A stretch of DNA of 64,000 nucleotides, taken from positions 893 through 64,892 of the forward strand of contig JAXHVS010000085.1 of NCBI GenBank assembly GCA_034189025.1. The letters are read 5' to 3'. The notes under the pieces were generated by a model. The model did not search any database. It was given only the letters and a program-made list of their open reading frames with translations, and was not told the DNA's origin. Shown one piece after another: positions 9,461 to 18,924 of this stretch. The DNA comes from Bacteroidota bacterium (GTDB lineage: Bacteria; Bacteroidota; Bacteroidia; Bacteroidales; UBA12077). How positions within the stretch are numbered: the first letter of the stretch is position 1; each line of letters begins with the position of its first letter. A program made the position numbers and the translations under genes.

Positions 9461-10456
9461 ATGAATGACACTGTTGATGTAAAAGAGTTAAATGAGCGTA
9501 TAGAGAAGGAAAGCTCTTTTGTAGATATGATTAAAATGGAAATGGGGAAGGTGATTGTTGGCCAAAAACATCTTGTCGATTCCCTGTTAATTGGATTACT
9601 TTCCGATGGACATATTTTGCTTGAGGGTGTACCCGGATTAGCTAAAACATTAGCCATACGAACCTTATCGAGTATTGTGGATGCTGATTACAGCCGGATA
9701 CAATTTACTCCGGACTTATTACCTGCCGACCTGATTGGTACAATGATTTACAGCCAGAAGAAAGAAGAATTTCAGGTAAAAAAAGGGCCTATCTTTACCA
9801 ATTTTGTTTTGGCTGATGAGATAAATCGTTCGCCGGCAAAAGTTCAAAGTGCATTGTTAGAAGCTATGCAGGAACGACAAGTTACCATTGGTGATGAAAC
9901 ACATATTCTGCCTAAACCTTTTTTAGTAATGGCCACACAAAACCCAATCGAACAAGAGGGTACTTATCCGTTGCCTGAAGCTCAAGTTGACCGTTTTATG
10001 CTTAAAGTGGTGGTAGGTTATCCGAAATTAGAAGAAGAAAAATTAATTGTACGTGAAAATATTGCCAAAGAGTTTCCCGTGGCTAAAGCCATTTTAAAAC
10101 CACAAAATATAATTGATGCCCGAAATGTGGTTAAAGATGTTTACATCGACGAAAAAATTGAACAATATATTTTGGATATCGTTTTTGCTACCCGGTATCC
10201 TGAAAAATATAACCTGGAGAAATTTTCTGCTTTAATAAACTACGGTGCTTCACCTCGTGCAAGTATTTATTTAGCTATGGCATCCAAAGCTTATGCATTT
10301 ATTAAGCGAAGAGGTTATGTTATTCCTGAAGATGTTCGTGCCGTTTGCCACGATGTATTAAGACACCGTATTGGTTTAACATATGAAGCCGAAGCAGAAA
10401 ATATTACTTCCGAAGATATCATTACAGAAATACTTAATACGGTTGAGGTTCCTTAA
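9461..10456 (+). CDS. moxR: MoxR-family AAA+ ATPase
   Basis: 331 aa. Walker A LLEGVPGLAKT and Walker B FVLADEINR. The RavA/MoxR-type C-terminal region includes ASPRASIYL. Confidence 0.9.
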   Translation: MNDTVDVKELNERIEKESSFVDMIKMEMGKVIVGQKHLVDSLLIGLLSDGHILLEGVPGLAKTLAIRTLSSIVDADYSRIQFTPDLLPADLIGTMIYSQKKEEFQVKKGPIFTNFVLADEINRSPAKVQSALLEAMQERQVTIGDETHILPKPFLVMATQNPIEQEGTYPLPEAQVDRFMLKVVVGYPKLEEEKLIVRENIAKEFPVAKAILKPQNIIDARNVVKDVYIDEKIEQYILDIVFATRYPEKYNLEKFSALINYGASPRASIYLAMASKAYAFIKRRGYVIPEDVRAVCHDVLRHRIGLTYEAEAENITSEDIITEILNTVEVP

Positions 10457-10476
10457 TTCATTATATATCATTTCCT

Positions 10477-10890
10477 ATGAAAAAGATAATTGTACTTCTG
10501 TTTATTGTTATTTCGAGTGGATGTGTTCTTGGACAAAATTATGTAGGTGCGCATAAGTTGACCATCAAAAAGGAGATGAAACAAAATTATCGCGATTACT
10601 ATTTTTCTAAAGAAGTTTTGGGTAAAAGTAGTTTCATTAAATACGAAGATACAGATGGCTATCGCACGTTATTATTTGTTCTTGATGATGACGGATATTG
10701 TAAATATCAGATTTTAATGTGCGATTATGGTTTATTGAGGTCAACCATTGACTCATTAAATAAAAGTTTTGAGTATCAGAAAGATTTAACATGGTACGAT
10801 TATATTACAGGAAAAGATAATTATCTTATCAAGTTAAAAAAGGAAGAATGGTATTTTTCTGTTGTCACAAGGAAGCTCGAAAAAAATTGA
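10477..10890 (+). CDS. small lipoprotein, unknown function, inserted between moxR and the DUF58 gene
   Basis: 137 aa with lipobox VISSGC. No homology recognised. Confidence 0.5.
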   Translation: MKKIIVLLFIVISSGCVLGQNYVGAHKLTIKKEMKQNYRDYYFSKEVLGKSSFIKYEDTDGYRTLLFVLDDDGYCKYQILMCDYGLLRSTIDSLNKSFEYQKDLTWYDYITGKDNYLIKLKKEEWYFSVVTRKLEKN

Positions 10891-10912
10891 TTTTCTATAA
10901 AAATTAATTGTT

Positions 10913-11797
10913 GTGGAAGCTTCAGAATTAATTAAAAAAGTACGTAAAATAGAAATAAAAACCAGGGGACTGTCGAAGAATATATTTGCCGGAGAGTATC
11001 ATAGTGCTTTTAAAGGAAGAGGAATGACCTTTAGCGAAGTACGTGATTATCAGTATGGTGATGATATTCGCAATATCGATTGGAATGTTACAGCTCGTTT
11101 TAATCATCCATTTGTTAAAATATACGAAGAAGAACGTGAATTAACTGTCATGCTGCTTGTAGATGTTAGTAATTCGAGGGTTTTTGGTACACAAACCCAA
11201 TTAAAAAAGAATCTGATTACCGAAATAGCAGCAGTGCTCTCTTTTTCAGCTATTCAGAATAACGATAAAATTGGGGTGATTTTATTTAGCGACCAGGTTG
11301 AGAAATTTATTCCACCCAAAAAAGGACGTACCCATATTTTGCGTATTATTCGCGAACTCATAGAATTTACTCCTGAAAATAAAGGGACAAATATCTCAGA
11401 AGCATTACGATATTTAACCAATGCCATAAAAAAACGTAGCACAGCATTTGTAATTTCCGACTTTTTGGATGAAAATAACCAAACCGGAATGCCTCGTTTT
11501 GATGAAGCTATACGAATAGCTAACAGAAAACACGATGTTATTGGATTAAAAATCTATGATGAACGAGAAAAGGTTTTACCTCCGGTTGGGTTAATCCGTA
11601 TGCGTGATGCGGAAACAGGAGATTACGCATGGGTTGATACATCCAGTCCAAAACTCCGAAATCAATATGCCAATTGGTATAAAACCATGGAAAGTAATGT
11701 GAATAATATATTAATGAAAGCAGGGGTCGATTATGTATCAATTGCAACAGGGCAGGATTATGTGAAACCCTTAATCAATTTATTTAAAAAACGATAA
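10913..11797 (+). CDS. DUF58 domain protein, the usual MoxR operon partner
   Basis: 294 aa with a GTG start. Conserved block VRDYQYGDDIRNIDWNVTAR, followed by a VWA-like region VDVSNS. Confidence 0.85.
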   Translation: MEASELIKKVRKIEIKTRGLSKNIFAGEYHSAFKGRGMTFSEVRDYQYGDDIRNIDWNVTARFNHPFVKIYEEERELTVMLLVDVSNSRVFGTQTQLKKNLITEIAAVLSFSAIQNNDKIGVILFSDQVEKFIPPKKGRTHILRIIRELIEFTPENKGTNISEALRYLTNAIKKRSTAFVISDFLDENNQTGMPRFDEAIRIANRKHDVIGLKIYDEREKVLPPVGLIRMRDAETGDYAWVDTSSPKLRNQYANWYKTMESNVNNILMKAGVDYVSIATGQDYVKPLINLFKKR

Positions 11798-11814
11798 AAG
11801 TCGTATCAAAGTTT

Positions 11815-12819
11815 ATGAATAAAATGTGGTTAAGATATACACTTTCATTTATAATAGCTGGATTTGTATTCGCTAATGTTTCCGCTCAACAAGTGCAGGT
11901 TAAGGCTAAGCTTGATACAAACGAAGCACTTATTGGCGACCAGATAGGGTTAGAGTTATCTGTTTTTCAATCTACCAACGATACGGTATTACTCCCAATA
12001 TTTGAGAATAATCTTACTAATAATATTGAGGTTATTGAACAGTTTGCTCCAGATACGTTAAAACAGAACAACGGGATATTAGAAATTAAACAAAAAGTGA
12101 TTATTACCGCTTTTGATTCCGGACAATATGTTATTCCTCATATCCCTTTTTTATATGGTAACGATACTTTAAAATCAAACGCATTGTCATTTAAAGTAAA
12201 CACAGTACCTGTTGATACAACAAAAGCTATAAAAGATATCAAAGGGCCCTATGAAGCACCAATTAGTTTAGCAGAAATTCTACCCTGGGCATTAGGAGGA
12301 TTAGGCGTAATAATATTAGTATTGCTACTGATTTATATTATCCGTAAAATTATACGTAAAGAACCTATTCTGCGAAAAGTTAAGCCTTTGGAACCGGCAC
12401 ATGTTATCGCTTATCGCGATTTGGAAAAATTAAAGGAACAAAAACTTTGGCAAAATGGCCTGATAAAAGAATATTATACCGAATTAACCGATATTTTAAG
12501 AAAATATCTGTGGAACAGATATGCTATAAGAACCTTGGAGCGTACATCGGATGAAATTCTTCAATCACTTAAAAATTCACCATTTTATGACGAAGAACCT
12601 TATCTTTTATTAAAAAATATTTTCTATTTGTCAGATCTGGTAAAGTTTGCCAAACTTAAACCATTGCCTGATGAGCATCAAAAATGTTACGATGATGCCA
12701 TTCGGTTTGTTGATGAAACGAAATTAGAAATTATTGAAGAAGACAAAGAAGATAGTCACGAAACTATGAATACGGCTGATAAGCCAAAACCAATTGAGCA
12801 AAAAGTAAAACAGGAATAA
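11815..12819 (+). CDS. Bat-operon membrane protein with a BatD-like N-terminal domain and a single TM
   Basis: 334 aa. Signal peptide, then a central TM (ILPWALGGLGVIILVLLLIYII). It occupies the slot of the uncharacterised ORF that precedes batA in Bacteroides bat operons. Confidence 0.55.
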   Translation: MNKMWLRYTLSFIIAGFVFANVSAQQVQVKAKLDTNEALIGDQIGLELSVFQSTNDTVLLPIFENNLTNNIEVIEQFAPDTLKQNNGILEIKQKVIITAFDSGQYVIPHIPFLYGNDTLKSNALSFKVNTVPVDTTKAIKDIKGPYEAPISLAEILPWALGGLGVIILVLLLIYIIRKIIRKEPILRKVKPLEPAHVIAYRDLEKLKEQKLWQNGLIKEYYTELTDILRKYLWNRYAIRTLERTSDEILQSLKNSPFYDEEPYLLLKNIFYLSDLVKFAKLKPLPDEHQKCYDDAIRFVDETKLEIIEEDKEDSHETMNTADKPKPIEQKVKQE

Positions 12820-12837
12820 AATTTTTAGGGTAACAAG

Positions 12838-13833
12838 ATGATGAATAATATAACATTTGCAAATCCAAATTTACTCTATTTACTGTTGCTTATTATTCCA
12901 ATTATTATTTGGTATATACTCAAGCACCAGAGCATTAATGCGAGTATCCAGGTTTCTACATTAAAAGGAATTGGGGATAAGCATTTTACATATAAACATA
13001 TTTTGCGTCATGTAATGTTTGCCTTTAGAGTAATAGCCCTTTCATTTCTCATTATTGCAATAGCCAGGCCGCAATCTACCTTAAGTTGGAAAAATGAAAA
13101 AACCGAAGGGATTGATATTGTTTTGGCATTAGATATTTCCAGTAGTATGTTGGCACGCGATTTTGAACCCGATCGGTTAGAAGCCTCCAAAGACCTTGCC
13201 ATTCAGTTTATCAATGGGCGCAGAAATGACCGAATGGGGTTAGTGGTTTTTAGTGGCGAAAGTTTTACGCAGTGTCCGTTAACAACAGATCATAATGTAT
13301 TGATTAATCTTTTTCGCGACATTGAAAGTGGTATAATTGAAGATGGTACTGCAATTGGGATGGGGCTTGCAACAGCTGTTAACCGTTTAAAAGATAGCAA
13401 AAGCCCCAGTAAAGTGATTATTTTATTGACCGATGGGGTAAATAATGCAGGGACTATTGCACCTGTTACCGCAGCCGAGTTGGCACAAACTTTTGGAATA
13501 AAAGTTTATACTATTGGAGTTGGGAGTATGGGACAAGCTCCTTACCCGGTTAATACCCCTTATGGCGTTCAATTAAGAAATATGCCTGTTGAAATTGACG
13601 AAGAATTGCTTGAAGACATCGCACAATTAACCGGAGGTAGATATTTTAGAGCTACTAATAATGCTAAGCTTAAGCAGATATACGAAGAAATTGATCAGAT
13701 GGAGAAGATTGAAATTGAAGTAAAAGAATATACTCAAAAAAAAGAAGAATTTTTAGTTTTTGTGTTGGTTGCTGCCGCTTTATTATTGGCAGAGGTGATT
13801 TTACGCCATACTTTATTACGACAAATTCCTTAA
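12838..13833 (+). CDS. batA: VWA-domain aerotolerance protein BatA
   Basis: 331 aa. N-terminal TMs, the MIDAS motif DIVLALDISSSM, a C-terminal TM, and its operon position. Confidence 0.85.
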   Translation: MMNNITFANPNLLYLLLLIIPIIIWYILKHQSINASIQVSTLKGIGDKHFTYKHILRHVMFAFRVIALSFLIIAIARPQSTLSWKNEKTEGIDIVLALDISSSMLARDFEPDRLEASKDLAIQFINGRRNDRMGLVVFSGESFTQCPLTTDHNVLINLFRDIESGIIEDGTAIGMGLATAVNRLKDSKSPSKVIILLTDGVNNAGTIAPVTAAELAQTFGIKVYTIGVGSMGQAPYPVNTPYGVQLRNMPVEIDEELLEDIAQLTGGRYFRATNNAKLKQIYEEIDQMEKIEIEVKEYTQKKEEFLVFVLVAAALLLAEVILRHTLLRQIP

Positions 13834-13874
13834 AAGGAAGCTATGAGAATAAATTATAAATAAGCATTTAAGAT

Positions 13875-14912
13875 ATGTTTAAATTTGGGAATTCGGAATA
13901 TTTATATTTGTTGATAATAATACCTTTACTGGTATTACTTTTTGGCATAGCTCAATATTATAAAAAACGAGCTATACATAAGTTTGGCGATATAAGTGTG
14001 TTGGAGCAACTTATGCCTTATGTTTCCAAAACCAGGCCGGTATTAAAATTTATATTTTTGATTATAGCTTTTACAGCAATAATTTTTGCTTTAGCAGATC
14101 CTCAATTTGGTTCAAAGCTGGAAAAAGTAAAACGTAAAGGGGCTGAAATAATTATTGCTTTAGATGTTTCAAACAGTATGCTGGCAGAAGATATTCAGCC
14201 CAATAGGTTGGAGCGTGCAAAACAATCTATCTCCAAGCTAATAGGCCGATTGGAAAACGATCGAATTGGATTGATCGTTTTTGCTGGTGATGCTTATATT
14301 CAGGTGCCTATAACTTCTGATTTTTCAGCAGCAAAAATGTTTTTGTCTTCCATCAATACGAATATCGTATCTAAACAAGGAACATCTATTGGTGCTGCTA
14401 TCGATTTGGCTATAAATTCGTTTACACCCGAAACGGAAATGGATAAAGCCATCATAATCATTACAGATGGCGAAAACCATGAAGATAATCCTGTTAAAGC
14501 AGCCGAATTAGCTGCGAAAAAAGGAATTAAAGTGCATACCATAGGGATGGGTAGTCAGCGTGGAGCTCCAATACCAGTCAATAAATCTTATGGACAAACT
14601 AATTTTCTTAAAGATAATGACGGGAATGTTGTTATTAGTAAACTTGATCAAAAAACCCTACAACAAACAGCCTCGGCTGGTGAAGGAATGTTTATAATGG
14701 CTTCTAATACCCAGGCAGGTTTAAATAAGTTATTCGACGAAATTAATAAAATGGAAAAAGAAGAAATTGAGGAGGTGGTTTATACCGAATTTGAACATCG
14801 GTTTCAATATTTGTTAGGGATTGCACTGTTTTTTCTATTGCTTGATAGTATCATTCCCGAAAGAAAAAGTAAATGGTCCGATAGTTTTAACTTGTTTAAA
14901 ATAAACCAGTAG
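13875..14912 (+). CDS. batB: VWA-domain aerotolerance protein BatB
   Basis: 345 aa. MIDAS motif IIIALDVSNSM with flanking TM segments. Confidence 0.85.
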   Translation: MFKFGNSEYLYLLIIIPLLVLLFGIAQYYKKRAIHKFGDISVLEQLMPYVSKTRPVLKFIFLIIAFTAIIFALADPQFGSKLEKVKRKGAEIIIALDVSNSMLAEDIQPNRLERAKQSISKLIGRLENDRIGLIVFAGDAYIQVPITSDFSAAKMFLSSINTNIVSKQGTSIGAAIDLAINSFTPETEMDKAIIIITDGENHEDNPVKAAELAAKKGIKVHTIGMGSQRGAPIPVNKSYGQTNFLKDNDGNVVISKLDQKTLQQTASAGEGMFIMASNTQAGLNKLFDEINKMEKEEIEEVVYTEFEHRFQYLLGIALFFLLLDSIIPERKSKWSDSFNLFKINQ

Positions 14913-14914
14913 CT

Positions 14915-15616
14915 ATGAAACGAAGAAACGTAATTTTATTAATTATATTAACCTTGCTGGCATTAAATACTTTTGCTCAACAAGAAAGAAAATTTATTAG
15001 AAAAGGAAATAAGGAATTTGAAAAAGGAAATTTTGATGATTCAGAAATTTTTTATCGTAAAGCGATAGATAAAAAAGATGATTCGTACAGCGCTACTTTT
15101 AATATTGGTGATGCTTTATATAAGCAAGAAAAATACGAAGATGCAATTAATCAGTTTAGCGATTTAACCAATAAGGAATTAACGAAAAATGATAAAGCAA
15201 AAATTTATCATAATTTGGGAAACTCTTTGCTTCAAAATCAGCAAATAAAGGAAAGTATCGAAGCATATAAACATGCTTTACGAAATAATCCTTCGGATAT
15301 GGAAACCAAATACAACCTGGCTTATGCTCAAAAATTACTAGCGCAACAGCAAAATCAGAATCAAAACAAAGATAAGAACCAGGATAAGAATAATGATCAA
15401 CAAAATAAGGATAATAATCAGCAAGATAAAAATGATAATCAAGATCAAAAAGATCAACACCAAGATAAAAACCCACAACAGCAACAACCTGATATTTCGA
15501 AGCAAAATGCTGAACGAATTTTACAAGCTTTAGCTAATGATGAAAAAAAGACACAACAGAAAGTTAAAGAGCAAAAAGCAAAAGCAGCGAAAGTAAAAGT
15601 AGTAAAAGATTGGTAA
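14915..15616 (+). CDS. batC: TPR-repeat aerotolerance protein BatC
   Basis: 233 aa. Signal peptide, TPR repeats (YHNLGNSLLQNQQIKESIEAYKHALRNNP) and a Q/N/D/K-rich tail. Starts 2 nt after the batB stop. Confidence 0.75.
   Translation: MKRRNVILLIILTLLALNTFAQQERKFIRKGNKEFEKGNFDDSEIFYRKAIDKKDDSYSATFNIGDALYKQEKYEDAINQFSDLTNKELTKNDKAKIYHNLGNSLLQNQQIKESIEAYKHALRNNPSDMETKYNLAYAQKLLAQQQNQNQNKDKNQDKNNDQQNKDNNQQDKNDNQDQKDQHQDKNPQQQQPDISKQNAERILQALANDEKKTQQKVKEQKAKAAKVKVVKDW
15344..15490 (+). repeat. low-complexity Q/N/D/K coding tract inside batC
   Basis: Residues 144-192 read QQQNQNQNKDKNQDKNNDQQNKDNNQQDKNDNQDQKDQHQDKNPQQQQP. The DNA is built from degenerate caa/aat/gat/aag units. Confidence 0.8.
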
Positions 15617-15636
15617 TACATTTAAAATCAGAATAG

Positions 15637-17454
15637 ATGAAACGGTGGTTTGTGATTATATTATTATTGATGGGAAAATGTTCTGTTGCCCAGGATGTTT
15701 CAATAACGGCTTCAGCGCCCGGAGTTGTTGAAATGGGACAACGTTTTAGATTAACTTATACTGTTAATACTCAAACCGATCAGTTTTTGCCACCTGATAT
15801 TAAAGATTTTACAATTTTAGCAGGGCCAAGTACTTCTACATCAAGTAATGTAAGTATTATTAACGGAAAAGTAACACAATCGTTTGAACTAAAATACACG
15901 TATATTCTTGAATCGATAAAAGAAGGAACTTTTAAAATACAACCTGCCAGTGTTCTGGTTGATGGAGAAAAATATGTATCTAAGCCTTTAGAAATAGAAG
16001 TGGTTAAGGGTACACCGGCTCAAAACCAGGGAGGAACCCAGGCTACTACTAACCAACAACAGCATGGCCCCAACACCAGCCAAATAAAGAAATCGGATAT
16101 TTATATAAGTATAAGCGTTAATAAACAAAAAATTTATCGGGAAGAACATTTAGTAGCTACGATAAAACTTTACTCTCGCCTGAATATTACCCGGCTTGAA
16201 AATGCCAAATTGCCTTCATTCGATGGATTTTTAACCCAAGAGCTGGAAACACCTCCATTAACCAGTTTAAATCGTGAAAGAATTGATAATCAGATATATC
16301 TGACTGGGATACTAAAAAAATATATTTTATTTCCACAAAAAACAGGAACGTTAACCATCGAACCTTTTGAGCTTGATGTTTATTATCAAAAGCCTTCGGA
16401 CCGGAAATCGCGTAGTATTTTTGACGACTTTTTTGGTTCATTCGAAAATGCCAGACAGAAAGTTGTTAGTAATGCGGTAACCATTCAGGTGGAACCATTG
16501 CCAAATAATAGGCCGTATAATTTTTCCGGAGCAGTAGGTGATTTTAAATTAACTGCTGATATCGATAAACCCCAGGTTAATTCAAACGAAGCGGTTACCT
16601 TAAGAGTGAAAATAACCGGTAATGGAAATTTAAAATATATTAATCCGTTTGATATTGATTTCCCTGCTGATTTTGATGTTTACGATCCTAAAGTTATCGA
16701 AAATATTAAACATTCTGAAAATGGCGCCTATGGGAATAAAATATTCGAATATTTAATGATTCCACGTAGGGCAGGCCAATATACTATACCTAAGTTTTCT
16801 TTTGCCTATTTTGATACAAAATCAAATCAATACAGACAACATTCTGCAGGGCCTTTTACTATTCAGGTTGGAAAATCAACTACCGATACTTCATTGGGAG
16901 TTGCTACTGTTTTTAATAAGGAAGATGTCCAATACCTGGGTAAAGATATTCGTTTTATCAATACAAAAGATACCCGTTTATACAAAAAGGATAAGTTTAT
17001 ATTTGGATCGCGATGGTTTTATATCAGTTATTTAAGCTCAATTATTATTTTCTTCCTGGTTTTATTCTTACGAAGAAAGAAAATTAAAGAAAATACTGAT
17101 ATCAAACGTGCCAGAAATAAAAAAGCGAATAAATATGCACGTAAACGTCTAAAAAATGCCGCTCGGTTAATGAAACAAAATCAACGTGAGGCATTTTATG
17201 AAGAGTTAGTTAAAGCTTTGTGGGGCTATATTAGCGATAAACTAGGAATTCCGGTTGCTCATCTATCAAAAGATACTGTCCGTGAAGAATTATTATCCAA
17301 AAATATTGATAATGCATCTATTGATCGTTTATTAAGTATTATTGACCGTTGTGAATATGCACGTTATGCACCTGTTACCGAAGAAACAAAGATGGATACT
17401 CTTTACAACGATGCAATCCAGGTAATAAGTAAATTACAGCAAAAATTAAAATAG
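15637..17454 (+). CDS. batD: BatD (oxygen-tolerance) protein
   Basis: 605 aa. Signal peptide, repeated Ig-like segments, a TM near residue 480, and a basic region RRKKIKEN. Matches the BatD architecture. Confidence 0.8.
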   Translation: MKRWFVIILLLMGKCSVAQDVSITASAPGVVEMGQRFRLTYTVNTQTDQFLPPDIKDFTILAGPSTSTSSNVSIINGKVTQSFELKYTYILESIKEGTFKIQPASVLVDGEKYVSKPLEIEVVKGTPAQNQGGTQATTNQQQHGPNTSQIKKSDIYISISVNKQKIYREEHLVATIKLYSRLNITRLENAKLPSFDGFLTQELETPPLTSLNRERIDNQIYLTGILKKYILFPQKTGTLTIEPFELDVYYQKPSDRKSRSIFDDFFGSFENARQKVVSNAVTIQVEPLPNNRPYNFSGAVGDFKLTADIDKPQVNSNEAVTLRVKITGNGNLKYINPFDIDFPADFDVYDPKVIENIKHSENGAYGNKIFEYLMIPRRAGQYTIPKFSFAYFDTKSNQYRQHSAGPFTIQVGKSTTDTSLGVATVFNKEDVQYLGKDIRFINTKDTRLYKKDKFIFGSRWFYISYLSSIIIFFLVLFLRRKKIKENTDIKRARNKKANKYARKRLKNAARLMKQNQREAFYEELVKALWGYISDKLGIPVAHLSKDTVREELLSKNIDNASIDRLLSIIDRCEYARYAPVTEETKMDTLYNDAIQVISKLQQKLK

Positions 17455-17470
17455 GGTGGGAGAAATTGTT

Positions 17471-18232
17471 ATGAGAAGAATTAGCGCTATATTCATTTTA
17501 TTAATACTAACTATTGTATCTGTTCATGCTGAAAAACAGCATAATGAATGGTTAGATTCAGCAAACCAGGCTTATACCAATGGAGACTATGCGCAGGCCA
17601 TTAATTATTATGAAATGATTTTAGAACATGGATACGAATCGGCTGCATTATATTATAATTTAGGAAATGCATATTACAAGCAAAATATTATTGATAAAGC
17701 GATATTAAATTACGAACGGGCATTGCTTTTAAAACCCCATGACGAAGATATTAAATATAATCTCGAAATGGCTAACAGACTTACCGTTGATAGAATAGAG
17801 AAACTTCCTGAATTTTTTCTTAATGTTTGGATTAGAGATAGTATTAATTGGTTCTCTTCCAATCATTGGGCAATAATTAGTATAATTGTATTTGTATTGG
17901 CACTTATTTTTATTTCCATATATATATATACTCGAAAATACGGATTAAAAAAACTTTCATTTTGGTTGGGATTTATTTTTATAATAATTTCTATTTTTTC
18001 ATTGATTTTTTCATCCAAACAAAAAAAGAAAATAATCACTAAAGATACAGCTATTGTGATGGAACCTTCTGTTACCGTTAAGAGCTCGCCGGACATTAGC
18101 GGAACCGACTTATTTGTAATTCACGAGGGAACTAAAGTTTGGTTACAGGATGAGGTTGGTAATTGGAAAGAAATTAAATTGAGCGACGGGAGTAAAGGAT
18201 GGCTTAAAGCCGAAGATATTGAAGAGATTTGA
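17471..18232 (+). CDS. batE: BatE (TPR plus SH3b domain) protein
   Basis: The ORF track starts at GTG 17456, but ATG 17471 (MRRISAIF...) gives a clean signal peptide. TPR repeats, two TMs and a C-terminal SH3b-like WLQDEVGNWKEIKLSDGSKGWLKAEDI. Confidence 0.75.
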   Translation: MRRISAIFILLILTIVSVHAEKQHNEWLDSANQAYTNGDYAQAINYYEMILEHGYESAALYYNLGNAYYKQNIIDKAILNYERALLLKPHDEDIKYNLEMANRLTVDRIEKLPEFFLNVWIRDSINWFSSNHWAIISIIVFVLALIFISIYIYTRKYGLKKLSFWLGFIFIIISIFSLIFSSKQKKKIITKDTAIVMEPSVTVKSSPDISGTDLFVIHEGTKVWLQDEVGNWKEIKLSDGSKGWLKAEDIEEI

Positions 18233-18310
18233 GTTTTGAAATTAGAAATTAGTATTTGGTTATTTGATAAATGATTCTTTTGAAAATGTAACGTACATAA
18301 ACTATTCATT

Positions 18311-18342
18311 TAAACAACTAAACAACTAAACAACTAAACAAA
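18311..18342. repeat. 8-bp tandem repeat (taaacaac, about 4 copies)
   Basis: Reads directly as taaacaac taaacaac taaacaac taaacaaa. It sits in the batE/AOR-operon spacer. Confidence 0.9.
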
Positions 18343-18571
18343 TTTACCCATTTAATAACTTCCCTGCCGGAACTTTAGGATGGTAGATTTTTTATTTCAC
18401 ATATTTTTCAGGGAATACTTCCAAAGAATCATTCTATATTACTTCTTTATTTTAAATTTTATCCCATATTATTGGAAAGGGTTTTGAAGATTTCTTATCT
18501 TATCCTGCCGAAAGCCTTATGAATAGGATTGCATATCGGTTATTGTAATTTTAAACCTTAAAATTAATCTT

Positions 18572-18913
18572 ATGAAACCAGTAAAAGGACTATTTCCACT
18601 TGCAACCTGGTTAATGCGTTTTGCAGTGGTATTTTTTGTTTTAATTACCTATTGGGAACCAATGACAGCTTTTAATTTTAAAAGTGTAATGTTTTATATT
18701 TCAGTGGTTTATGTGGTTTTTTCTGTTTTGTTGTTTGTTGGAGGATTTTTAGCTAAAAACAACTTAACGGTTATTTCTTCTCTCTTCCTTATCCTGGTAA
18801 CAGGATATCATGCTTTTATAAATTTAGGAGCTAAAATGGGCCATAACTTTGCTGTTTATGTAATTTTAGGCTCTATTTTCGTATATTTTTTTACTGCTGG
18901 TAATAAACGTTAA
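18572..18913 (+). CDS. small 4-TM membrane protein, first gene of the AOR operon
   Basis: 113 aa and entirely hydrophobic. Two His residues in the last helices (GYHAF, MGHNF). Ends 11 nt before the Fe-S subunit gene. Confidence 0.5.
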   Translation: MKPVKGLFPLATWLMRFAVVFFVLITYWEPMTAFNFKSVMFYISVVYVVFSVLLFVGGFLAKNNLTVISSLFLILVTGYHAFINLGAKMGHNFAVYVILGSIFVYFFTAGNKR

Positions 18914-18924
18914 TCGATTTTTTT

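Noticed and set aside
15156-15476. 106-aa minus-strand ORF
   Set aside because: It is antisense to the low-complexity Q/N/D/K tract of batC, and such repeats create open frames on both strands. The same reasoning applies to the other nested or antisense track ORFs: 3442-3687, 8165-8359, 9451-9657, 11254-11442, 11538-11747, 13008-13202, 14300-14542, 16187-16441, 16802-17035, 17863-18096 and 18121-18309.
18233-18571. Moco/Tuco riboswitch upstream of the AOR operon
   Set aside because: The context is attractive, but I could not identify the conserved Moco-motif core or a convincing multi-stem fold by eye. It is kept only as something to test with cmsearch.
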